Assembly (NCBI GenBank): GCA_028534125.1
Contig: CM052818.1
Coordinates: 3,598,001 to 3,662,000 of the forward strand
Direction: 5' to 3'
DNA from: Lama glama
Taxonomy: Eukaryota
Length of the DNA stretch: 64,000 nucleotides
The notes under the pieces were generated by a model, which saw nothing but the letters and a program-made list of their open reading frames with translations, made no database searches and had not been told where the DNA came from. The translations under genes were made by a program, and so were the position numbers. How positions within the stretch are numbered: the first letter of the stretch is position 1; every line of letters begins with the position of its first letter. Shown here piece after piece: positions 38,201 to 51,474 of the stretch.

Positions 38201-40234
38201 TGTAGCTCTTACTATTCCTGCAGCAGTATTTACATTTTAGACAATTATAATGGACTTTTGCTAACCTGGATGGCTCTCTCTCCTGGTTATCTGAATGGAT
38301 ACATAAATCATCACAGAGTCTGGGGCATTGATTTTCCTGTTTTTAATATCACACACACGTCTCCCTAATCCAATAAAATAGTGTCAGAAGATTTCAGTTC
38401 TTTTAAATTATATAATCAACGATCTGCCATTTTAAAATGGACAAAGCGTATGTTTCTGATTTGCTTTTATTCCAAATGTGCAAAAGTAATAACTGTACCA
38501 GAAAACATTACAGATTGGGCTATTTTTCCCTTTACAGCATTCAGATAACTAGACACCAAATTCAAGTCCTTGTGTTTTTAAAAACAGGCTTCAGAGGAGA
38601 TACGGTTTAAATGGACACTTCTACTTAATATCACTGTCATTAATGATTTCTTTAGCAGACATATCAGAATTCTGAGGGTTGTTCCCTTCAAAGTCATCTG
38701 GTTTTACTTGGGAAGCTAATACTTATTCTAACGATGCTGCCACCATTTATGTTACTAACATAACATAACATGAAACTTCTCTCCCTAAAAATACAATCAA
38801 GGAAAGTAATAAAATATAGGAAAATCTGTTGTATTATTATAAAATTAGTATCGCTTTCAGCATCTGAAAGTGTGCGGATCTTTTTCTACCACTCTTGGTT
38901 TTGAGTAACATTTCCAAAAAGCTAAGTCACTCCCCTAAGATGAAGAGTGGTTACTGTTGAAGAGAGTAAGAAAAGTAATCCACAGAAAATTCCCAGAGAG
39001 GACCTTATAATGGAATGCAACAATAATCAGTCTTAATTTCTGTAATACTCTGAATAAGGGAACTTGTGTGATTCCGCCTGTCTTTAGTATGGTTTAGAAA
39101 ATCGAAAGATACGGGTTTTAAAATACCTCTGAAAGAGATTGTCACTTTGTTCTGAGTCATTTGATACTGGGCTTGGCTCTTCCCACAGGAGAATTATAGA
39201 ACTCGTATTGCTAATAATTATAGGGGAACAAACCCAGGAAAAGAGCCTCTTTTTTCTCAAGATGAAATATTAGTTTTGTTTCTAATCCTTTTTTCCTGCT
39301 CCCCTGACAGATAAATGATCACTTTCATTCAGACCAACACAACCTTCCCCCCGGGTCAGGAGCAGTTCTGCCTTCAGCAGTGCTGTGGGAGCGAGGGGAC
39401 CTTTGGGGTGGACCAGAGGTATGAAGGCGGATGAGTTCAGCTCAACAGATGCCCGCCCTAGACACCTTGAGCCAAAATAAAGTCTCCTGTGCTGACGTGT
39501 GTCTGTATTTCCAGGAGTCTTTAACTTTCTCAGTCTATAAAATTATCAGTGTCTGTAGCCATGAACTTAGGGTTTAGGGATACAAATGACAGGATTGCCC
39601 GAAGTATTAAATTAAGTCAACTTGAGTCTGCCAGGCAGAACAGAAAAACTATCAGAGGGGTATTTAAAATGGCGTCTTTACCGAAACACTCCAGATATTA
39701 CAAAGCTATCTTTTATTCCTCTCCAAAGACTGTAATTTCACCAACACGAAGTTAGCCATTTCCTTTTCCCTGTTCCCAGATGTTCCCAAAGTTGGGTGTG
39801 CTTGGGTTTCTGGAGTCAGAATGAATCCCATATGGCCTCCATTGCAAATAATCTGTAACAAGATACTGTTTCGTTACTCCTGGGTTTCCTTTCGCTCTGC
39901 TGGGGAAGAGAGGTCCTTTGGATAACCTATGCAAAATTACCAAATGGTGGTCGTTGCTAGAATGGAAGAGATGTTCTTGGTTCCCATGTTGCTGTGGTGT
40001 CCTCAGTTTACTCTTTTCCTCTGAATATTTCTCCTCTGCCCTGTCGCACACCCCTTGTCACATGGCTGTGTATTTACCACACGTCTTTATCCTGTCCTCC
40101 CCGAGAAGACAAAGCAAACAGAGGTACACGAAAGCTATCTTATGCAGTAAAAATGTGAAATTTGAACATTGCTACACAAGTATTGTATTAAAAAAAAAGG
40201 CTGTAAACAAATTTCTTATGTAAACATACAGGAA

Positions 40235-40240
40235 AATAAA
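40235..40240 (+). terminator. AAK1: Candidate proximal poly(A) signal
   Basis: AATAAA preceded by several TGTA (CFIm-type) motifs within ~60 nt and followed by U-rich sequence. Confidence 0.55.
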
Positions 40241-43200
40241 GACTTTTATCTGTTCAAACGGGAGCATGATGTTCAGAGATATAAATAATTTAAAATAGCT
40301 GCTGTTCTCCTGATCTGAAAACCCACTTCTGCAAAAGGGGTTGAAACACACTGTTGAGTGACAGGAGGTACCTGAGCACAAGGGAAGGGCAGATACACAC
40401 GAGAGACTCACAGGGGGGCGTTTTAATGAGTCCTGGCTACGGTGGCTTCACCCTGCAGTCAGGGAGAGTAAAACGCCTGTGAGCCTGCATCTGACATGAC
40501 CAGGCATGGAGCTGTAAAAGGCCGCACAGACTTGCAGCTACCTTTCTCTAATTTAATCTTTAATATACCCAGGCCAATTTAATTAAACATTTATATGTTG
40601 GCAACAGCACTTTTATGCCCAGGGAGAAATCGCTCCCATTTAATTGCTTCATTGGCTTGAGACGCACAGCCTCACCAGGCAGAGTTGGTTCCCATCAAAT
40701 CCCTTATTTCCCCAGTCGTGGGTTTTAACGCAACTACACAACATACGGTAGAACCGAACGCTTAATTTTATCATCTAAGCAAAAGGTCTTGGGAATTATT
40801 AGTTTGATGTACATCCCCTGATTTGGCTCTTGAGAGTATGGGTTTCAATTGGTGCTGCATTTCTGAAGTTCTGGTCGAGGGATATTTTGCTTTCTATTTG
40901 CTAATTAACTGTATGAGAAGGTTTCCCAATACTCCCAAATCCTCATTTTCAGTTTTTGGCAAGAATTGTGTCTTTGATACCCACTTTAACTATTTCATTT
41001 TATAGGATGGGAGAAGGTAAAATTCTGGTCGCACATGATACAGCGCACTAAGGGATACCCAGCCGGAAATTTGAGTCTTCAGATTTTGGTTTTTTCAGAA
41101 AGCACTCTGATGGCCCTCACTGTGTCCATCAGATAAAAATTTCTATTCCAAATCATTCAGCACTTCGGGTTTCTTTGCAAATTTATAGGGACGTGGTGAG
41201 GATGGTTGCCAAATCATCGAATATTTTGGGGGATGCCTTTCCTTACCTCTGAAGCATATAAGCTCTTCTTAAATCGACATGATCTGGAGTCTCAAAGCAG
41301 TTATCCCTACTGTTGTATCGAAAAGTGCACTTACCATTAACCTGGCACACAGTCATGCATCAGAGCAAGAAAAAGAAGTGTGTTTTGACTTCTTGCTTAA
41401 TTTAACGTGCTAAACCGAAATAAAAAGAGACACGACTTGATTTAAGGGAATTAGAACAAAATGCTGTATCTTAAGCTTCATGATAAGGAAGACCATGACC
41501 CTGTGAGGCCAGATCTTGGGTTTAAGCCCCCCCTCCCCATAAACCCTCCTCCCCAACCCCCACCACTCCAAAGAAACTGGCTAGCTTTATTGAGTTCTGT
41601 GGTCACCGGGCATCTGCTATGCATGCCATTGGTTTCCAAAGGAACTGGGCCAAGGCATTGAGGTTAAATTAGTGCAAATCTTTCATTGCTAGTAGGCAGA
41701 CTGCTTCAAACATGTTTTTCTGACAGTACAAGGCTGTCTTCACATACAGGGACTGTTCACCTTGGAAACACATGCTTTTCCCTCCCTACAAGAACACAGT
41801 CATAGTCCAAAAAAAACCCTCTAACTACCAACAGGTTTAGTGTTTAGAATCACTCCTTCTCTTGACTACTTTGTTTCTTGTATGAACACCACCAGAATTC
41901 CCCAAAGGAGTGTGGAGTCTGAGCTCCCGACGCCCACCATGTTTCCTGGGTCTCCGGCCCTCCAGGCCTGGAGAGCGACAAAGGGTGGTGGCTCTCAGCC
42001 TTGGTCACATTCGCACCTTCTCTAAAAAGAATGGAAAGGTTAAGACGCTTGGCCTTCTCAAGAGAATCCTTTAAATGTAGTTGTCCAATCCCATGAAGCA
42101 AATTCATGTTGAGAGATAGGAAATAGGACTGGCCTGGTTTTGCACAACTGGAGACTAGTTCTCCCTTCAAACTTGATGCTACAATATTGGTGTGACTATG
42201 TTTGTAAATTTTTTTAAGTTGTTGGAAATAGAGGTATGATTTTTCCAGTTATTCGGCATGAAGGTCACAGAGTATGCTCTGAGTTGGCAGATTTACAGGT
42301 GATTTGAGGTTAGGAATGTCCTTCCAACCTGTCCCGGACATGGGCACCTCTACTTGGTACTTTACAGTTTTCAAAATGTAATCTAACAACGCAGGCATAC
42401 AAGATGCCCCTCGTTCTGTAGGTGGCTACTTTTTAGAGGTCTGTGCACACAATTTGATTGGACTAAATTTAATATAAATTTCCCCAACACACTAACTCCA
42501 CTCAAACTGGTGTTCATTTTCATTATTGGTCCATAAGGTGCCAGAGTTGTTCATTGGCTTGACTAAATTTACGAGCTTTTTTCCTGAGAGACAGTTTGCT
42601 CTCCCACAGAACCAGCTTAAGAACATCAACTTTTAGGGTGGTTTTGGAAGATGAGAAGTTGTGCCTTAGTTTTGGGAACTGAAAACTTTGGCTGATACTA
42701 TGTTAGAAAGTGATTCAAGGAGTTTGGGGGGACCTTTTGCACCACTTTGCTTAGCAAATCTTATTTTGGAAAACTTCTCTGTCCCCCCTTTTATTTGAAA
42801 TCATCTGGGAATCACTGTGACAGATCTAGTATCAACATGCTTGCCTGAGAGATTAGGCTTCTGACTTTCCACATAAATTGCAAGGGAGAAGGTGTCCCAT
42901 TTATTTCCTGTCCCCTGACTAACGCTTTCCTATCACCATGTAGGTGCACATATTAAAGTTATAATGCAAGGAAAAATACTATTCAGAAAGCCATTTGGCA
43001 CCAGTACAGAATTTAACTTAAAGACTCTATAATTTGGAATTCACCAATACATTCAAACTTTTGGAAAGGAGAATAAAAAATGGGGGTGGGAGATCCCACC
43101 TCTTTTTGTTTATGAAAACAATACTTAAGGTCAGAACTGTTTAAGAAGATGCACTGCTAACAAGTTACAGGATTCAAAGAAACAATATTTTTGTACAGTA

Positions 43201-44518
43201 TCTTCTAAAATGTTCAGACCTCACTCTACATCTCTTTACAATGTAATGTCTCCTAAGTAACTGGTTTCCCAATAAATTGATTTTGATGCCGCTTCTGCTG
43301 TGTTCTGTGTGCTTAATTCAAGCAGAAACTCTAGCAGAGGAAGATTGTTAGAAGTTTCTACTAGCTTATGGTTTGCAGGGGACAGGGTAATGTGGGGAGG
43401 GAAGGATTGAATTACTTCTGTACCGAGGTTCTGGGTCATCTGTAGCATCCAAATCATTGTCGCTACAATGTTCTGCCCTGGGGGGGGGGGTTGGGAAACC
43501 CATGATGAAATGATACCTGTACCCCCAACCACCCTTTTTTCTGGATTCTTCTTGCTTAGTTACATATGCCTTTTTCCTGCCCTCTTGCTAACATGTGCCC
43601 AATGACATACTTCTAACCTGCTAATATTTCTTGGAAGGTAAGCTCTCTTGCATTCTGATAATTGTCTCTTTGATTTTCAAAGCCAGAGCACCCTGAGGCA
43701 CCTCTACCTAGATAGACATAGAGCAGTATATTAGAGTTTGCAAATACTTCTGTAATTACCCGTGCGTTTTACTCCTTCTGCTTAAAGAACTTTATGATGG
43801 ATTCATTTAAGCAGAGGAGATCTTTGCTGACTGAGAAGACTGAAAACAAAACTCCAGGGCAACTCCAGCTGAAGGTGATTTATTTAGTATAATTTTGATG
43901 ATGCCTCTTCCCCTTAGAAAGTGCCTTCAGTGTTCGTATTTGGGGCACTCTTTGCTCTTGAGTAGTGCTCATGATGTAAATCATCAAGTAATTCTGTATT
44001 TATCAAGCAGTCGTGTTCTGCCCCTTTGGGTAGAGGGTGGCGGGGAGGTTCTGTCCTCAGATCCAGGCAGTATGGAGTAGGGGACCACGTGTCAGATCTG
44101 AGCTGAGTTTGCCCCCAGACAGCATTTCTGCATAATCCACAGCTGTCATGGTATATGTGGAGATGAGTGACTGGGCGTGTTCGCATCCTGTCCTGAGCCA
44201 GCGCCAGGTAGAGCAGGTGTCTGTGCCTGGCCCCGCGCGTAGGAGCCTCGCGTAGTGCCGCTGAATGTCTGTGTGCCCCACATCTTCATCTTTCCTGCCC
44301 CTTGTGTTCATCATGTTCCGAAATGTGAGACGGTGATTGGTTGTGTTCCACTCTGTGTGCCGTTTCCTTGCCTGACCTGTCTGTTTCTGTTTTTCCCTTT
44401 TCCATTTTCAACATCTATTATTTGGTCGCACGATGTTTCTGCCGCGGGCCGACCCTTAAGTGTTCCAAGGCGAGTGGAGTGGGCCCATGCATTAATTCTG
44501 CCTCTTGTGCTTTTCTAG

Positions 44519-45648
44519 GTCTCCAGAGAGAGCCCAACCCCTGTCCTGTAATAAGTGTAGAGCACTTTAAAGAGTCAACGGGTGTGAAAGGCCTTCCCTT
44601 GTATGCAGACCCCTCCGGAGTTCCTGGCACCAAAACTCAGAACAATTTAGAATCTGACTACTTGGCCCGAGATGGGCCCTCAAGCAACAGCTCGTTCCAC
44701 AGCAGTGAAGAGGAAGGGACTGACGTCGAGGGGGACATGCTGGACTGCAGTGGGTCGCGACCCCTCCTCATGGAGTCCGAAGAGGAGGAGGAGAGCTGCA
44801 GGCCCCCCCAGGGGAAGCTGGGAGGAGCCGTGCCCTTCGCCCAGCCGGAGGTCCCCCCCCAGCCAGCCGAGGCCGCGCCAGGGGGAAGGAAGAACCAGTT
44901 CCAAGCCCTCCCGCAACCAGCCGCCGATGGTCTCGGGGAGCCCGACGTTTTCGCCACTGCCCCCTTCCGGAGCTCCCGGGTTCCCGCTGATGACACGGAC
45001 ATTTTCACCAAAGCCCCGTTCGTCTCCAAGGGCAGCGTGGCTCCTTCCCAGCCAGAGGAGGCAGACGTGTTCTTGAGAGCTCCTTTTACCAAGAAGAAAA
45101 GCGTGGAGGAGTTAACGGTGGCCCCGAGCCCCTCCCAGGAGTCGCCGGCGCAGGCCGCCCTCCTCGGTCAGACCGAAGACCTGCCTCTGCTCCCGGGCCT
45201 TGATCGAGCCGTGTACCCCTCTGTCCGAGCTCAGTATTCCAGGGCTGGTTTTGCCCAGCCGTCTAACCTCCCCTCCCATTGTGCGCAAGCAGCAGACCAT
45301 CTTGAGAGCATCGCTCCCAGGGGCTCTTCCCTGGAATCTGGGGCCCATCCTAATGACAGAAAGAAAGGACCTCAGCCCCAGAAAGAAGCTGTCTCAGGCC
45401 CCACGGCTGGCAAACCATTCCGCCCCCAGTCTTTATCCAAATATTCCCGTCACTATAGCCCGGAAGACGAGCCAAGTCCAGAAGCCCGGCCCATTGCTGC
45501 CTACAAAATTGTTTCGCACACCAATAAGCAGTCGATCGCTGGCTCTGTTTCCATCACGTCCCTTTCCTCCAGGACTACGGAGCTGCCAGCTGCTGATCCT
45601 TTTGCCTTAGCACCCTTTCCTTCAAAATCAGGCAAGCAGAAACCTTAG
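44519..45648 (+). CDS. AAK1: Alternative distal terminal coding exon of AAK1 with a BMP2K-like C-terminal region (probable orthologue of human 'uncharacterized protein FLJ45252')
   Basis: tgtgcttttctag|GT acceptor (AG 44517-44518) in phase 1, in frame with exon 21; 1130 nt open to TAG; GC-rich coding-like sequence; RPLLMESEEEE, DxFxxAPF repeats and DPFALAPFPSK resemble recalled BMP2K. Confidence 0.85.
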
Positions 45649-48600
45649 GAGCCATACCTGAGCCTTAGGGCCCTGTCTCTACCCCACCCTCCGCACCCCC
45701 CATCACTCCCGGCTGAGCCTCCCTGGGAAGAAATATATCAAGTGTGACCTTTCAGTTCCATGAGTCAGAGCAGAACTTCTTCAGTCAGCAAACTCAACTG
45801 AGGTGATACTAAGTTGAAACTCCTTTAAGTTATGCTCATTTCTTTGGTTTATAGTGATTTCTAGACTGTCAGGCATTTCTAGCTCCACCTCCACCCAGAA
45901 CTCTGCATTATTTTTTTTTTTTTAGTTTGCCCAGAAACAGTTTAAGTCTAGAACTACTTCCCAGTAAATCGAGAGATAACTTCCCAAAGGGGCCATGTTA
46001 TTGCTAGTTTAATTCCTGTAGGTCCTGTTCTGAGTCTTGTCTGTTAAGGAATCAAGGAGAGTCCCTCCAGGACTTGATTTCATACTCCTGACAAGGGTGT
46101 ATTTCAGGAAGGATCAAAAGTTCCACACGTCAAAAGGAAGTGTAACCCTGCAGATGCTGATCATTCCCGTAAAAGCAGCAGCTCTGGAAAGATTCTCTGG
46201 ATCTGTTTCTGAGTCCGTGGAAGCCAGGCTGGCCCTTGTGCATGAGTGTGGGTGTGTAATGTGTGTCAGATCCTTTTCTGTGTAGATATGCAAACCGATG
46301 AGGGATCTGTGCTCGTGTCTAATAGTACTGAACCATCCTCACGGGCACACTTCTCAAATTCGTATGTGTGTGCATGTCTGTGTGCACAGGAAGCACCTTC
46401 CCTTTAGGGAAGTCCTGTCCCACCAGGCAAACCTCCACAGTCACTCATTTACTGGTATTTGTCTCCTGATCTAACTGACTTGAACCCTGTTTTTTTAAGT
46501 TCTTTTCTCGTGGCAAATTTGAACTCATTGGAACGTGTGGGAAAATTCTGCTGGAACTGAAGTTTCTAAGTAGCTTTTTTTTTTTTTCTTTCCCCTTCCA
46601 GAATTTGCTGTTTGCTATTAACAAATTCCATTTACACAGTCTTGAAAAAGAATTATCCTTATATGGTTTCCCCTCAGAACAACAGAAAAAAACACCTTGT
46701 TACAGTTCCAACCCCTGGGTTTGCGGTCTAAGTAATTTTTAAAAGTACTTAAAAACCTTAGGTTTGAGGACTCCATGCTGTCATTATAAAATTAATTTAT
46801 CATGAGACTAGACCACCAATTCGATTTTCCTGTTTGTTTTTCCACATCCTTGCCCTCTTTCTCTACTGCCTCTTAAGGCAATAGAAATTCAAGACATGTA
46901 AGTTTGTGAGAATGGAAAAGAGCTGAATCAGCTAGCCTTGAAAACCTTTCTATTCTCTCTCTCCTTTGATGTTGAAGCAGGTCAGATAGGTGACTGACTT
47001 GTGCTTTTGAAATGTCTCCTCTTTCTGGAAAGATCTGACTCATTCTTGGCTGTTTTCATATCCTTTATTAGGAGTGCCTTAAAAGGAAACTTAGGTCTCG
47101 ATGGGACGATTTCTGCTGAAGAAGTTCAACTTAATGTTTCCACTTGAAAGCTTCCTGTGACTTGGAGTAAATGTTAGTGATTTCTCCATTAGCTGGAGAG
47201 GTTGGGAGAGTTGCTTACCAAATCAGATTAACGATTTAAGAATTATTGGAAATTCATCCAAGAATGGAGCCTGAATGCCAAACTCGATTGCAGTGAATTA
47301 GGTGTCGTACTCTTTAAACCTGAAGTTCAAGGATCTTGGCAGTAAAATATGAACAGAGTCTTTTCAAGACTTTTTCTAATCTAGTCTCCACCCATTTTGT
47401 CTGTCCAGATTAAAAGGTAAATAACGGGCACTGGACCGCGGCTACCAGCAGTGGTTTTCCATCTGAGGTTCTCGCTGTGCTGGTCCTTCACTTTGGCAGA
47501 TGCTAAATGTTCATTCCCAGAGTTGGCTTTTCTCCCGGTGGATGTAACAGTGGATGCAGAATCATCTTTCCAGTTGAATGGTTTTGGCGCACGTATATGA
47601 AACAGTGCACCCCAAACTCTTCCCTTGGCCATTACCAAGTAAAGCCTTCACGTTCCGGAGCTAAAAGGATAAAGGGAGTATTCAGGGAGAGTCTCACCCC
47701 AGAAACTCTTATTAAAGTAGAAGGTCATTCTGATTCACTCTTCCAAATAGTCAGCATCGCCTCTGGAACAGCCCTGCAAAATGACTTTCCTTGGGTTATC
47801 TGATCAGTCCCTCCTGATCATTTTAGTCATCAAGGTTAAGTCAATAAAATCATGGTGGCCATTTTAGTTTTCAAGGTAAAACCAGTAACATCATGGGGAT
47901 TTTATTATGTAATTGAATCAGTTGTCAAGCTGGGCTTGTAAGCCTTTTTTAATGCTCACTGGAGACCTATGATGGGTGGAGACGAAATACCTTTTAAAAT
48001 AGGAAATGAATATAAACACATGCAAATTACTTTTGTGTTCTTACTGGGTGTTTCATGAAAATTTTTTGACTATATCCTATAGTCAAATTTAGAATACATT
48101 AATAGCTAATAACTAGTGAATTCTGCACTGATCTTCTTGGGATCACACAGGGGAAATGTATCATTTAAAGATAAAATGTTGCCAGAGGCCATCCTGAATC
48201 TGGACGTCTGGAAAGTGTAGTTTTAAGGGGATCATGAGTGCTCAGGGTGCTTTGGATTCGTAGCAAATGCATGTTTCCAACAACTGCTGCAGCAGGTTAA
48301 CATTAAAGAGAAAAAACATATAGTCAACAAAATACCCCACTGTTTGTATTAGTTTATGTGTTAACTTGCTTTACACATACGATACGGAACGCAGGAACCT
48401 GTGACCTTTCGTTTCAGTGGAGCACAATTGAGCCAGAATATATTTAGACATAAAGCACTGAACCGTGACATACACTGATGAACTCTTATTAAAGAATCCA
48501 CAGTAACCGACTAACAGGCACTATTGAATTAATGAAGTTATCTGATGTGTGGTGAAAAATATTTAGCATATCTGTTTCTTGGGCTCATAGCCCTTTGGCT

Positions 48601-48864
48601 CCAAATCCTTGTTAGATGGGAAAATAGAACGAACAAAATTTGATGCTGAAGCAGTTGCTGGGCAGGACCTGAGGGAATCTAGGTCACAAACTCCATTTCA
48701 TTTTGGGTCTGCTCATTGTTGACTTGAAAATTCATATGTGTGGACTGCTGTGTATGAATTCACATGCCCACGTTAGGTCTGAGTTTCACCGGGCAACCAA
48801 GATTTCTTTTGAAATTTTCAAGAAAAATACCAGTATCTTATTGATCCATTATCTAGTAAGTTTT

Positions 48865-48866
48865 TC

Positions 48867-48897
<31 letters not shown>

Positions 48898-48989
48898 TTT
48901 TGGAATTTTTTTAAATGGAGGTACTGAGAATTGAACCCGGGCCCTCATGCATGCTAAGCATGACCACTGAGCTATACCCAGCCCCGAGG
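48865..48989 (-). mobile_element. tRNA-derived SINE (Vic-1-like, internally deleted) in the AAK1 3'UTR
   Basis: GGAGGTACTGAGAATTGAACCC...CCACTGAGCTATACCC; TSD AAGTTTT. Confidence 0.82.
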
Positions 48990-51448
48990 AAGTTTTAGAG
49001 TACATGTACATCAGTGTTTCCAACTATCTGGTGGACATTTCGCTGGCTCATAAAGTAGCAGATTTCAGTTTTCTTTAAAATAGGTGTAATTACCAGAGTG
49101 ATCTGACAATAGATATTCAATCATGCTGTATTTGCTTCTATAATAAGAAGTCATCAAAACGTAGGTTATGTAATATGTATGCATTATGTCAAATAGGAAA
49201 TTTTATTATATAAGAAACCAGAAAAGGGTGAGATCCAACTGACTCTCCAGCAGGAAGGATACTACTTAAAATGGAAACCCGTAAGTCCCTTTAATAAAGT
49301 GCCCTATGTCTTTGGAATTGAAATTGGAGAACACGGGCCAATCAGCTCTGGAATGGCTGCTCGTTACATAGATGCAGTTTTATATGAGGAATTTAGAACC
49401 CGAATTATTTGGATGTAAATTACATAGGAGAGCCACTGAAAAGACCACAGCTTCTAAGGGGGCAGGAGTGCCTTATAAATGCCCATCGCTACCCCTGAGT
49501 TAACACTTCAATCCTGCCTTCTGGAGTAAGCATGAAGATTTTAAATGGAATCATGTGATTTAAATTCTTACTTTTCCCAACGACATTGTCAACTACTACT
49601 TGTAGTTCGTCTGTTTGAACCACCAGAACACTTGCAAACTTGTGAAGTTCACTTGAAGGAATTCAAAGTGCTTGAAAATAAAAGGTAGTATCTGGTTGGG
49701 AATTGTTTTTGTGTTCTTTTGCTCCAGAATAAATGTGCTAGGTTGCTGCTGAAAACAACCAGCTGCTCAGCTTAGATTAGGCATCCACGCTGGCAGTGTC
49801 TTGATTTCCAAGACGCCACCTTGCTCTCCGACTTTCTGGTCCTACCGGCCTCATTTAGCACTTTGACCTTTATTATAGGAAACAGGCCTCCCACATGTGA
49901 TGCCCAAGATCCCTTCGTTAAAACACTGCCAGACACAGGTCTTCCCTGCCTTTTCTCTACCCCTGCAAAGTCTCTCTGGCTCACCTTCCTTCTTCCTGTT
50001 CCTGCTTCATTTCCTCACGTGACATTCCTCAATTTATGACCATCCCAGTAGTGGGTAAGGAGAAGTGTGATTGAATGATCATGTTAATTCGTATTTGCTT
50101 CCCTTGTTACTGTCAACAGTTTCTTCTTAAATTTCAGCCTAGCCTGTGATAATCCCACCACACTGGAATAATTCCAAATAAGAATGATATGGCACATCTT
50201 CCCCATTTCTTACGGACTAGAAGGAAGGATGAAGGAAGGTTGGCAGAAGCCCAGCCTCCCCCTATGGAGACACAACCCAAAGGCCTCAGTGCTCTCCACC
50301 TTGACCTGACACAGGCCCGGAGTGCCCCAGAATGCAGGGGCAAGTTCACGTGTGAAGGGACCCTAGACTAGCTGGTAAAAATGGCTAAATGTTAACCAGC
50401 CCACTGGTGGCTTAATCCAGCATCCCTATACCTTGTAATTCCATGAGAAATTTAGTCTGAGCTCAGAAGTGTCGATGTGAGTGACATACTGTTTAGAGTT
50501 TATAGTAACAATGTTCTGTTCTTGAAATTAAGTCAATGTTATCCACGTTGCATCAGAATAGAACCACGTACACACGTTGGAGGGATCGGTTTGATTCCTT
50601 TTGATAAGGAATTGCAGAAATGGTTGTTACCAATGTCCACTGTGAGACTTTGGGAGTGAGAGAAGGTGATAGCACCTTTCCACCCTGAAATGGCAAGTCA
50701 GTTGTCTTCTCTGAGTCTACCAAGGTCTCCTGATTGAGGAGTGTGAGTGGAGTGTGTGCCTGTGTACATGTGTGTGTATCTTCATGCTTTCTGCCGTGGT
50801 TTTGAAGACCTCCTAAGGAAGGCATCCAAAGACACTCAGGAGGTGACAGTAGGTATCTAGAGTGAGTAAATCCAGTTTTGTTTGCCTACAACTTTCTGAG
50901 TGAGAACTGGAGTTGTTCCAGATGAAGGTGGGAAAACTCAGCCATTGCCTTAGACTCGTTTCCACAGTAAGCATGCTCTTCTCATCCACAAGGATGAGAC
51001 TCAGTAGGGTTTGACCTGAACCCTTGGCTCGTGTGTGGTATTGGGAGAGCAGTAATGACCAGAACACTACAAGGCCTGCAAGATGTCACTTGGAAAGAGG
51101 GAACATTTAACGTCATTCGTTAAGGGATAGAAACCAAATAAAGGCCAAGGACCATGAAGAAGAGGTGACCTCCCTCTACTGACTGTATTTTGACTTGACG
51201 GAGGTCGGCCCAGCTGTAAGGAGTATTGAGGTCATCAGACCTCAGAAAACAGTATGTGCATTCAGTCTCAAGGGCTGTGACATGAGAAAGGGAAAAAGAC
51301 ATTTACAGAGTCAATCTTAACAGTTTTTGCAATACCTCTTATTTGCAGATTATTGGATTTATGTTATTGTACCCTTTGTGTGATCTATCTTATGTATCTG
51401 ATAGTTTTTATGAATTAATTGTTTGAGTTGTAAACTCCTATACACTTT

Positions 51449-51474
51449 ATTAAAATGGACCTAATTAAAATAAA
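51449..51474 (+). terminator. AAK1: Distal poly(A) signal cluster of AAK1
   Basis: ATTAAA 51449-51454, ATTAAA 51464-51469, AATAAA 51469-51474; upstream TGTA motifs and downstream U-rich tract. Confidence 0.6.

Noticed and set aside
44341..44518. N-terminal 59 codons of the 435-aa ORF as the start of a stand-alone gene
   Set aside because: Starts at TTG with no ATG and covers the branch/pyrimidine region; better explained as intron upstream of the 44519 acceptor
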